DNA of 64,000 nucleotides, taken from NCBI GenBank assembly GCA_046563655.1, contig CM102288.1:496001-560000 (forward strand), written 5' to 3'. Below the pieces are notes generated by a model, which was not told the DNA's origin, ran no database searches, and saw only the letters and a program-made list of their open reading frames with translations. The translations under genes were made by a program, and so were the position numbers. Below are positions 25,767 to 36,887 of the stretch, piece after piece; the first letter of the stretch is position 1; every line of letters begins with the position of its first letter. Source of the DNA: Yuukianura sp. NJ FZ-2021 (Eukaryota).

Positions 25767-28700
25767 TCAAGCCGTTCCACCCTTAATGACGACCACAACC
25801 AAATGATCTTCTTTCGTTTCTTCCAGCCCTGTGCAAGTTTTCTGGAGGAGTTCCAGGGAGAATGGACAGGGTGGAAATGCATACAAAACTCCAGTCAAAT
25901 CCAGCCCTTTGTTGGCCAAAGTGATCACTCCAGCGGCTTCTTTTTGTTTCAAATAAGATACAAGGTTCTTCAAAGGTCGTGATTGGACAGGACTTCCAGA
26001 ACCAGCATTTGGAGATGACAGCGGAGAGTTGGCAGAAACTGGCCACGCAAGGAACACTCCGTAACCACTCGACGCTTCCATTCTTTTCGTGACATCGTCC
26101 AGTTTTGCCTACCAAAAGAGATAAAATTTCAACTTACAAAGTCAAAAACGTAAAACAAAAAAAATTGAAAAAGATTCTAAGAAAACTGACTTGATCCAGA
26201 CGAAGTCTCTGCGTGATTCTCAGCTTATCTTTTCCTTCTTCATCTTTGAGAAGGACGTTGACATTTTGCAAATCTCCGTCAGTGAGATACAACCTGAAAG
26301 ACAGATAACATGATTGGTGCGAAAATACTTCGGAGATATTTGGATGCTGATGCAGATTCTGTTCAAAAAGTTTTCAATTTCCACTTACTTCGTCGGAAAA
26401 GAACTGTTTTTAAGAATGAGTGTCCCTTGCCATCCGACTGTTTGTTTTCTTGCAATATCTCCGACAGATTTAGCTGAAGTGAGCACTGAAGCTGGCGCTG
26501 CAGATGAACTCGTGCCATTTCTACTCCCAGCATCTGATTTCCTTCTCGCAGTTGTTGATTCCGAATCACTTTGACTCTCTGCATTGTCAGTTGAGTGTGG
26601 AGAATAATTCGTCGGAGCAACGTCGTCTTCTCCTGCTCCAGCAAGAACAGCATTCGATGAAGACGAACTCGTAGGTCGTTTTCTGTTGCTACTACTGCCG
26701 TAGTCATAGGGTTTGTCTTCATACTTTGAAGCATAACCAACCACTTGTTCCACTCCAGCAAAATCTGTCCGAATCCGCTTGTCACTTCCACCCAGAGCAT
26801 AACCACGCATGTCTTTTACAGCAGCCTGAGCAGCATCAATAGTTTCATAGGTGATGAAACACTGATGATCTCCTTTGTCCCAGTCAATCTTCTTGATGGA
26901 TCCAAAACGATCAAATTCACGCTCAATCATGGACAGTGTCGCCCATGGCCCAAGACCACCAACCCAAATCTTCGTAGTTGGATTCACTTTGCCATAACCA
27001 ATCTTGCACTGGAATTTCCCAATGTACTGTCCTGACAGTTCCGTCTTTGCTCTAAAAACAAAAACATGAACGTTTAGAAAACGAAAATGAAACGTTTATG
27101 AAATATTGCAAACGTTTTACCTTGCAGCCATGTCGAGATTGGCAAAACGCACAAATGCAAAAGCATTTCCAGTACCGGGCGGTGGTCGCTTGATGTCAAT
27201 GTCCTCAACGGTTCCATATCTTCCGAAAATTCGTCTCATCTCTTCATCTGAAATGTTCACTTCCAGATTTCCAGCAAAGAGAGTTCTGGTGGCCAATGGA
27301 TCATCTTCTGGTGCAATATGGTGCAAGTAGTTGGGGAACTTGTCCTTTTTGTTTTCGTATGGTGGTCGTTCACTTGGTGGTGGCATTGGTGGGCCTCTTG
27401 GTGGTCCATGAGATGGTGGTGGACCAGGCGGATATCTGGAATTGTTGTAGTTGTCATACCTGTCAAGTGATAACAACGTTTAACTAACGTTTAACACAGT
27501 TTTAAAACTTGATTATAACAATTACTAACCGCTGTGGGTACATCGGTTGATGATGTCCTCTTGCCCCACCACCTCCATAGTCTCGTGGGTCAGAGCCCCG
27601 CCGATAGTCGTCATGACGCATGTTGCCGTAGTGTTGCGGTGGTGGACCTCCAGGGGGGCCACCGTGTCCACCATGATACCGATCGTATCCGCCGCCGCCA
27701 CCTCCGCGATGGTCATCACGGTGACCACGGTCATAAGAATTCGGTGGAGGCTGAAGATGTGGAGATCTGATAAAATACCAAACAGCGGAAATTAGTTTTG
27801 CAGAAGAAGTTTCGTAAAAGTTCACAGTAAGTTTTAGAGACGTTGACGTTGTTTACCAAATATCCTCTTTTGCTTGAAAAACTAATTGGTAAACAGTAAA
27901 ACTGTAATTAACCCAATCTCTTGGTAAAAACAGCACTGACACTAACAAACCAATTCGATGACAGTAGGCGCTCAGCTCATCTCACACTGCTTAAAACACT
28001 TTGAGTGAAACTAAAATATTTTGCTATTTGAGTGAATGTGAGATTGTTATAAAGATTGATCCAAAAATAGAAAAATTAACTTTAGTCACACTAATCACAG
28101 GATATGAGTTATCACAGGCGGATTTCAGTACTGGACACTATAATTTGTTAGAATTTGAAAAAAAGATAGGCGATGGAAGGCTTTTTTATGGAAATATTGG
28201 ACAATTTTAGCGGCCGAGGAAACTTCACGTTCACAATATCCAGAATTACCAAGCGAATTCCGTCCTCGGTCGGTAAATCGTCAACTTCTCAATTAATCAA
28301 CTGCATCACTTACTTATTCTTCCACAAAGCACTTTAACGGAATTCTGGATTGGATCTTCACGATTTCCTTTGACGAACAATCATCAACCCAAGAAAAAAA
28401 GAAAAAGAAAACTAGGCTACGGGGTGCACCGAACACAACGAAAACGATTTCCCTTCGTTTTGAAAAAACTGCAACGTCGTCTGGCTGTTAAAAAGGAAGT
28501 ACTGATACTGGAAGTAGTGATATTGGAAGTATCGCGGCCTCTTGTGACCAACAGAGAGAGTAAAATTTAGAACTGAACTTGACGACAGCTCAGGTTCAAT
28601 CGAACAACTTTTTAGCACAGCGCCGTGATTGAAACTGGTAAAACCAAAATCACTGGGTTTGCACACGCATACCTCCTGTTATAAGAACTCCCACCACCAC

Positions 28701-29405
28701 CACGATCACCACCACCGTAGCCACCTCCACGAGATCCTCCATCGTAAGAGTCATGCGGTCTGTTGTTGTACGAGTTGGAGTTTGACGTTGTGCTGCTGCT
28801 GCTGGACGATTCATAAGCTGCTTCAATCATAACGGGTCTTTCGAAAATCATTATGCGTGACTTCATGCCCTTGGCTTCCTTGGCGTCTTCGTAGCTTCGA
28901 AAATAGACGTAGGCAACTCTCTCGTCCGGTTCTTGAACCACCTTCACACTGATGTCTCCAAACCGTTTAAACTCACGGTACAACGTATCGCGAACGGCTT
29001 CGTCCGAAGCCCTTGCATGCAGAGAACTTATGCACAGCACTTTGTACTGGTATGGGCGTGAGCTTCCAGATGAAGGTGGAGCGTGGTGTCTAAAAACAAA
29101 TAACCGAAGATCAAATAAACAGAAACAGCGCAGTTTCTTCGGTGATTGGAGGAAAATATAAAGTCGCTGTCTGCCTACCCTCCGCCGCCGTCTCTGTACC
29201 CCGAACTCCGACTGGAGCTTTCGTAATAATCGCGGTCTCTTCCGCGACTTCCTCCAGTCAAAGGACTTCGACTCCGACCGCCCCGTCCTCCTTTTTCGTC
29301 GTCGGAGTCAACGTCATTGTAACGTCCTAGACTTGACCTTGATCGTTTTGATACTGGAGAATTTCCACTTCGGTCACCTCGGTCTGGCCGTTTCGACTTG
29401 TACAT
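25767..29405 (-). CDS. nito: RBM15/spenito: three RRMs + C-terminal SPOC domain (m6A writer adaptor)
   Basis: RRM1 (YKVLCISSLH...ERVAYVYFRSYEDAKEAK), PEDDPLATRTLFAGNLE, KIWVGGLGPW, SPOC (WQGTLILKNSSFPT...LKNLVSYLKQKEAAGVI...LYAFPPCPFS). Confidence 0.95.
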
Positions 29406-30323
29406 TTTTAATAAAGTTGAACTTGAGTTGAGCTCGTAGTAGGGGAAACACTGCTGATGAATGTGAACTTCTATGCGTAAAAACTGTCGTAGTAAGTTGT
29501 CTCCAGCACTTTCACTGCGTACAACAGAAGAAAACCCACAATTAGTTACACGGTATACACACTTTACACAATGACGCGATGATTCGAAGGATTTGAGAAG
29601 CATATATTTTGTTTACCTTTCATTGTTTCATTTTTAACAAGAATATAATAACATCGATATTAAAACGTATGTCGATGAGATTCTTCTTAGATTAATATCC
29701 CGTTTCTCTCAAAAACAATGAACACGATTAACTTACCTTGAATTTGATTTTGAAATGATTTGAGGTTCGTTCTAATCGTATTTAGGTGTAATTGTGTTTC
29801 GATTGACTTTGTAACGTTTAAGTACGAGACTGATTGGACACAATGTCCACAGTTTCGGTGTTTGATGTTGATGATGTTGTTTATTTTTTATCGATTGAGA
29901 TTGAATGAACGCTGCCTGTGCCTGCTTCTTCTTCCTTTGGTGTTTTCGAAATGGCGGATAACAAGGAGTAAGAGGGGGTGTGACGTGTGAAGATCAAAAC
30001 GCAGATAAGGCCTAACGGGATACTCTAAATGCCAGAACCAGCGTAGCAGGAGAGGAGGTGAATTTTAGTATGCGCAGGCGCACTTTCAACAAATTGGATG
30101 AAATCCAGGCAACTTGTAGTCAAGGCAACTTACAAAATTATGAAACCAACTTTTATCATATTAATTTGTACATCTCAATTTACGTATTTATTATAAATTA
30201 TGTTAATTTATATTCTTCTATATTTAATTATGTTAAAAAACAAAAGTTTTTTACGAAGCGAATCGACAAATCGGATGAATAGTGAGGCCCAAAGCGAAGA
30301 GAGAAATTTGTGGGTGTGACGAG

Positions 30324-30347
30324 TTTGGCGCCAAATTAAATTTGAAT
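30324..30347. promoter_or_regulatory. E2F-type site next to a CHR-like TTTGAA in the nito/mRpL49 divergent promoter
   Basis: TTTGGCGCCAAA palindrome followed by TTAAATTTGAAT; similar TTTCCCGCC + TTTGAA upstream of TTC27 (about 25183-25205). Confidence 0.4.
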
Positions 30348-30572
30348 TCTTTTGTTTGAATTTGAATGAATGAAATTTGCAATTTTTGAAATCAGCGGGA
30401 TTGGACTCCTGAATTGATTATGAAGTGGTGTGACTGCGAAACAATTTTAATTATATTTTGTGTTTTGAGTTTGATTTTGGTTTGTGTTCTTTTGTTTATT
30501 TTGCATGGACTATTCAATTAAGTAATTAGTCAAACACTGGCAACTTAGTTAGCTAAACTAGAAAGAGTAATC

Positions 30573-31318
30573 ATGTCGTCCATGCTATTTGCCACACTGA
30601 AACTGCCAGTGAAGTCGTCAGTTTTTAATTTTAGTAGAGCCGGCCTATTGGTAAGCTACAGAATTCAGGATTAGAAATTTAATTGTTCGAAACACTACTG
30701 TAGCTACTAAACTAGATTTCTGTTTTCTATAGGTTTCAACGCAGCTTGAGCCTCAGCTGATTCGCCAGTCGTCAGGTCAAGGTTTCGGTGGAACTCGATA
30801 CATCGATGCACCAGACGAAGGACCACGAGAACTGTACACGGAAGTAGAAAAGTCATATGCTGAGTGGAAATACGTCGAAAGGATTATTCCGAAAAAATAC
30901 GTTCCAGAACCACCGAAGGATCCAAACAAAATTTATCCGTCTGGCTGGAAAGCTCCAGCGGCACCAGCACTGGATGCCCAGTATTATATTCCAAGGACGA
31001 AGAATCATTTAGTTCCAGTTTATGTTACAAATTTCATGCTCGATCGTGGCCAAAGACGTTGGACTAGAATAAAAAACGTCGAAGGGAACATTTGGGTAAG
31101 TTTTATCTCAACTAAAGTACAATTTATACAAGTATTTAACATAAAACTGAATCTCGTCTTTACAACAGGCTCTTGAGGCAGATATTGGTAGACACCTCAA
31201 GAAATTGTACCCAGAAAAAGTAATTAGTACTTGGATCAACGAATCTTACAGAGTCGTGTACATCAAAGGAGATTATGAAGACCCCGTCAAAGAATGGGTT
31301 TTGCAACAAGGTTTTTAG
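30573..31318 (+). CDS. mRpL49: Mitochondrial ribosomal protein L49 (mL49), 3 exons
   Basis: Spliced product contains EWKYVERIIP, YPSGWKAP, YYIPRTKNHLVPVY, TRIKNVEGNIW-ALE, IKGDY...VKEWVLQQGF*. The ORF track shows only the wrong frame. Confidence 0.92.
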
Positions 31319-31456
31319 AAAACGAAAACAAAACGATTCTCAGTAATTTATTACGACTGTAAAAATTTAGTTATGCTATGCTCGTCGCAGTACCAATTAA
31401 AGGCGTAAGTACTCAACAGTCAAACTTTTCAAATTAAACTAATAATTTTGATTATT

Positions 31457-32677
31457 TTAGTCAAAGTAGATCCCGTAGACGCATGCAGAGGCAAAGACGT
31501 GATAACTTTCAAAAGATCCATGAGCATAACGATCGCGATTTGAATCCCACAGACATTGTGTGCCAATTTCAACTCCTTGACGTCCTTTCGGTCCAATGCT
31601 TACAATTACTACGATTTTGTACCTGGAATTATTAATTTTCAGATTCCGATTTACATTTTCTCTTTTTAAGTTTGCTTACCGATCATAACCGAACTCCAAA
31701 ACGCGATTCCGAATCACTTCGGCTACGGAACTGGTTAGATCTGCTGCGGTCTTGGAAGAATACTTTTTGTCTTCAAAGGATTCTCTCAACACTGCGTCAA
31801 TACAACGTTCAACTTCTGGTTGTGAAAATACTTTCGATGGATCCAGTTGATACGTGTTGAAAAATTGCAATCGAGGTCGCACAATTCGTTGACGCTGTTC
31901 GTGTTTCACGACTGCTCCGTCGTTAAATATTCGTTCCAGTTTCTTCTGGAATTCCAGTGTCGGACGTCTCTTCAGATCTCCTGTTAGTATTACAAGAACA
32001 CTTTTTAAGATTATCCGTGTACAAAACGTAAGAATTTTGAAAAATTTGGACTTCATAGATCAAAGTTTAAAAAAAAAATCAGTTTTTTGAATTTTTATTT
32101 TAGAACTTAACCTGGTGCAACTTCATCTGGTTCGTCTTCTTCGTTTTCATCTTCATCTAAACTTGATCTGGCAGGGAGTCGTTTCATGCCCACCGTGGGA
32201 ACGTCCTTGGTTTTGCCTGTTTCAAAATTCTGAGCATCAGCGATCAGCGATCAAACAACAACAAAGTAAAATCGCTTCAACAGCTTTACTTTTCTTGGCT
32301 TTGTCATCTATAGAGGACAGGCGCTTCTTTTGCTGAACGTCCTTGATATCAGCGTCTTTTAAAGAAGATCGCTTCCTCTCCCGATCAGCGTCTTTCACAT
32401 CAGCGTCCTTTACAGACGATCGCTTCCTCTCCCCGCCAGCATCCTTGACCTCTGAGTCATCTAGAGAAGATCGCTGCTTCTGCCCAATGTCATCAGGGTC
32501 ATCCAGGGAAGATCGCTGCTTCTGTCCAAGGTCGTTGACCTCGGGGTCATCCAAAGAAGATCGCTGCTTCTTTTGTTCATGACCTTTGACCTTGGGGTCA
32601 TCTACAGAACTTCGCTGCTTCTGCGTTTCTTCCTCGAAAGACTCCGGTCCCTCTTCCACAGTCTCTTCATTGTCCAT
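31457..32677 (-). CDS. Tctex1-domain (dynein light chain type) protein with repetitive N-terminal extension
   Basis: FNTYQLDP...YSSKTAADLTSSVAEVIRNRVLEFGYDR-YKIVVIVSIG...QCLWDSNRD...VYGIYFD*; phase-compatible introns link it to the 32677 ATG exon. Confidence 0.87.
32345..32625 (-). repeat. Coding tandem repeat, 6 copies of [QK/RK]xRSS[LV][DK]D (about 42-51 bp)
   Basis: QKQRSSVDDP, KKQRSSLDDP, QKQRSSLDDP, QKQRSSLDDS, RKRSSVKDA, RKRSSLKDA; DNA core gaagatcgctgcttct. Confidence 0.85.
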
Positions 32678-32867
32678 ATTTAGTTAACCCAATTTCCAGG
32701 TAACTAACTAAACTCAATTAGTTAATTACCTTTAATAATTATAATTAAATTATATAAAACAAAACCTAACTCAAAGAAAAAGTACGCGTCAAACTGCTTT
32801 TGGCGACTCAAACCTTGCCTTGAGAGATACAGAAGTGATTAATTTAATTTATCATTTAATTGGCGTT

Positions 32868-32881
32868 GTTACCGTAGTTAC
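32868..32881 (-). promoter_or_regulatory. Relaxed RFX X-box upstream of the Tctex1-domain gene
   Basis: Minus strand GTAACT-AC-GGTAAC fits GTHNYY-N2-RRNAAC, about 190 bp upstream of the ATG. Confidence 0.55.
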
Positions 32882-33123
32882 CATTCAGAATTAAAAGGCC
32901 GCAAATCACATTAAAATGTTAGTTTAATTTAACTTAATTAAATAATTTAATTAAGTTTGCGTAGAACTAGTCGAGTTTTTAATTTAAAATAGGAGCTTCA
33001 GAATCACAAATTCACTGACCTTCCAGAGAGCCAGTGTACTGGATAAGTTAATTCTACAAATTAATTATTCTATTAAAAATTAATCATTAATTTTTAATTA
33101 ATTAGTTTAAAAGTTGGTGAAAC

Positions 33124-33630
33124 CTAATACTTGGAGTACTTTGAAGTTGAAGGGCCTGTGTTCGTTTCAATTGTGACTCCCTGCAGAGGGAACTCCTGTG
33201 TCTGTGTAGGCATCAGTTTATACTTGCTCCTCTCGGGGTCAAAGTTCAGCGACATTTCAGATGCCAATCTTAGGAAAGCAATGTTCGGTTCTTCCGGTTC
33301 GTAGTCACAGCGATACTTCACAGCGTAGATCCCCACAACAGTAAGGACAAAGAATCCAAGTACAAGGCCAAGGGGACCGACCACTTTCATCGCTTTATTT
33401 CTGTCGGTTCGGTCTCCGTCGGAACTTGTCGGAATTTCCGAATCCTCACTTTTCGGCAGCATTCGGTCCAGCACTCTGGAACTAGTGTGATGCGTCTCAT
33501 GTGACAGAGCTGCTTCCGGCCAGAGGGCTACGTACGTACAGACGCCGCCAAGCGTCAGGAAAAACGCTGCCAGCGCCACTCCCAGGAGCAGGAAATAGGC
33601 ACAGTCTGGTCGGTTTCCACGGTGCGACAT
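33124..33630 (-). CDS. Uncharacterised intronless protein with two predicted TM helices
   Basis: Clean ORF from MSHRGNRPDC with hydrophobic segments YFLLLGVALAAFFLTLGGVCTYVALW and VVGPLGLVLGFFVLTVVGIYAV. Confidence 0.65.
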   Translation of the reverse strand: MSHRGNRPDCAYFLLLGVALAAFFLTLGGVCTYVALWPEAALSHETHHTSSRVLDRMLPKSEDSEIPTSSDGDRTDRNKAMKVVGPLGLVLGFFVLTVVGIYAVKYRCDYEPEEPNIAFLRLASEMSLNFDPERSKYKLMPTQTQEFPLQGVTIETNTGPSTSKYSKY

Positions 33631-35054
33631 TTTCAACTTGGCACAAAACGACACTCGGTACAAGAAACTACTCAAAATTCAAATTCAAAATGTCAACTTT
33701 TTCACACTTTTGGAAATTCAAAATTTTGAAATTTAGATATTTTGAGAAATTGTGGTTTGAACTGTTGAGGAAGTGTTTAAACGGTTTTGATTCCCCCAGG
33801 GGGACTTCTGATACTGACTTGTGCAGAATCCGTTGTGTTTGGCTGCCTCCACAGTCCTTGTGCTTCGCTTTTTAGCAAACCCTGCTGAAAAATTGCAACT
33901 TTGCAAAGGGAGAGACGTAGAAGCAGGTGAAAAAGAACAATGGAATTGTAATGCCTCAGTTTCCAATTTACAATTTGGAATGGTACAGTTTTATTGTTAA
34001 GTCGATGGAAGGGGGAAGGGCTTTGTCGGGGACTTCCTAAGCCCAAAGTCACAAGGAAAGGAAAAGAACATCAAAATTTACATCACACTAACACATAAGA
34101 AGTTAAACTTGACTCAGAAGTCATTAAATTAACTACCTTCTGACTTTAACTTTAACTCACAAATGGATGCTAATGTAACTCTAGCTCCACTACTTATGCA
34201 GTACAAACAACTTTAATGGCTTTTGTGACAAGCACAAATCCAAGGACGCTAAAACATGATTTCGTAAATAATAAATTCAAATCAAGAGTTGCAAAAATTT
34301 AAATTTGCCAATACTTTTGCAATTTGAATTCTAAAATCACTTTTAACAACACGGATAATCCAGGATTTAAAAAAAATCATTTCAGCGACTAACTAGCACT
34401 AGAAAAATTAATTGAAAAGAAGAAAAAACAAGGTTAACAAAACGTAAGTTGGGTTGATGACCAAGTCTACAACAATGAAATGTGAAATGACTCAAAAACT
34501 AAATTTTTGATTTATATTTTTCATTTTCTTTTTCTTAAATGTAAAGTTTGTAGTTTTCATTTTGTTAAATTTTTACATGTGCTTACTACCTAACTAACCT
34601 ACTTTTTAGAAAGTGAACTTTTTAAATCACTGATTAACTATTTTTAACTCTCACCTACTATTTAGCATCAAAGGCTGTCAAAGATAAACAAATCAGAGTT
34701 TTCTCAAAGTGTTCTAAAATTATCCGAACTTTGATCTTAAGTGTTAAATTAGGAAGGCTCAGAAAGTATTTCTGTCTGTGACTCCACACTGAAAAAGTCA
34801 ATTTAAGGACGTGTTGTATGCGTCTAATAAACAATAATCGTTAAATTTAGTAACCACGATAACCGAGCTTGTGTAGTTAGTAAAAGTTGCAGACATCGAC
34901 AAAAAGAAACACCCTCGTGAGTGGTGAAAAAGGATCAGTGCAAATACCTTGATAAAAAAAAAGTATGCACTTTCAAACAAACAAAACTGACGCAAGTTCG
35001 GTTGCCGTCGTTTGGGTTTTGTCAACAACTTTTCTGAGGCTGCGACATTGAAAT

Positions 35055-35745
35055 GCAAAAATGGTTTTGGTCAGCGTAGGAATGTCGTACAGTAACCCAC
35101 AATATATCAAACTTTAGGAAAAGAGTTGATCTAGTACTGTTCAGATCAAATAAGAAACCGCAAAAACACCTGCACGTCGCCATGTGCTTTTTTCCCATAA
35201 GAAAAAAGAAGCTACTCACTCCTGCCTTCCTTCCCTGAGAAAAGAGGGAAGATTCTTTTTTGACGGCGAAAAGGAGGAGAATTTCAAGTTGCGCGGCTTG
35301 CAGGTGTTACCGCCAACAAATAATTTTTTATCTAAAGGAAGAACTCACAAAAAAAAATAGTTTCCAGAGATAACACCTGCATGCCGCGCAATTTCTAATT
35401 CTCTACTTTTTCGCTGTCAAAAAAGAATCTTCCCTCTTTTCTCAGGAAAGAAAGGAAGGAGTGAGTAGCTTCTTTTTTCTTATGGGAAAAAAGCACATGG
35501 CGACGTGCAGGTGTTTTTGCGGTTTCTTATTTGATCTGAACAGTACTATTACGTTTTAAAATTATGAAATTATAATTCTAACAATGAAAAAAATGGACAC
35601 AAATATTCAGCCCCTTTTTCTGCATAGTTACACTTGGAATTAAATAAGTTTGCAACGTAATAGTACTAGATCAAGTCTTTGCCTAAAGTTTGATATATTG
35701 TAGGTCACTGTACGACATTTCTACGCTGACCAAAACCATTTTTGC
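35055..35745. mobile_element. Outer foldback/MITE-like element, interrupted by a second element
   Basis: 35055-35136 plus 35546-35555 is the imperfect reverse complement of 35654-35745; exact termini and TSD not resolved. Confidence 0.7.
35137..35543. mobile_element. 407-bp MITE with about 173-bp TIRs and TA target duplication (Tc1/mariner-type target)
   Basis: Arms 35137-35309 and 35371-35543 are near-perfect inverted repeats (CTGTTCAGATCAAATAAGAAACCG.../...CGGTTTCTTATTTGATCTGAACAG); TA at 35135-36 and 35544-45. Confidence 0.88.
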
Positions 35746-36887
35746 GTGGCGGTGTTACAGCGGCATTTTGACCCCCAGTTTCCAGGGTGTCCGCACACCT
35801 TAATTTTGAAGTAATTTTTTTTGAAAATTTTTTTCACTGAAGATTTTAGTGTAATTTGAATCTTGAAAAGCTAAGTTTGTACTTTATGCCACTCGCTTAC
35901 TTAAAAGAAAAGACCTTGGACCAAAAAGAGAGAAAGTGCTTGCTCCTAAAACAATAAAAAGAAAGTAAAACTTTTACTTTTTGTGCTTTCTTCCTTGGTT
36001 CAACAAAAGATCTTACTTAGAAGAAGTAGATTTTTCTCCTTCTTAGAAAACGTAGAAACGTAGAAAAAGTGCAATTTCTTTCTCTGTTGGATACAAAGTG
36101 AGATGGGATTATAAAAAGACTTTTATTTTTATTCTTGTCAAGCAAAGCCTAATTCCAAATGAATCAAAGTGAGTGAAGGCTACAAAATGACTTCATCACA
36201 TGAACAGTGTTGAAAAGTAAATCTACAAAAAATGAAATGAAATAAAAGAAAATAGTAAAGTAAAAGTTTCGTTGAAAGAAATACAACTAAATTATACTTG
36301 GAAGCATCAGTGCAGTAAATGTTAAACTTTGAACTTATAAAAGCGCTATCATAAAACAATCATCCTAAAACAAAAGACTCACATTTAATTTCCCGAATTC
36401 ATCTTGGGAATGGATCCAATTTTCAAAAAATCTCTCTAATTGTCATCACTCCGAAAAAGAAAAATCGCCTTCTTGTGAATTTTTCCTGAAAATCAGTTTT
36501 AATTTTTGCCAATTTCTTGAAATTGGCTAAAATTAATGCAAATCAATAGAAAAAAAGCGTTTAACTTTTGAAGTCGGTACAGTTTAGAGTCTAAACTTGA
36601 GACTAAATGATTTAAAGTTGTAAGTTGGTGAAAGCAGGAGTTGAGAGGAATATGAGTGCTTGGAATGAAAAACGGAGGAGAGTTGTGCGCTTGTTCCTGG
36701 AAAAGCTGCACGGAATCCCGCAAAACCCGGGTATTTGTCTTCCTCCACCAACATTCACTTCTGAAACCTTCTTAAGGCGCGTTCTTTCCGTCAAGTGCTG
36801 GTCATTCAAATGCCACAATCAGTTCGAACAACTTTTCCTCAACGGCGACCTGCAACTTGACCTCAGAGTGAACTTTTTTTAAAAACA

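Noticed and set aside
32345..32625. Repeat-spacer pattern as a CRISPR array
   Set aside because: In-frame degenerate coding repeats in a eukaryotic gene; no cas genes and no identical repeats.
36625..36882. 85-aa ORF as a separate gene upstream of the K2P channel
   Set aside because: No recognisable motif; it may be UTR or an upstream K2P exon and cannot be supported independently.
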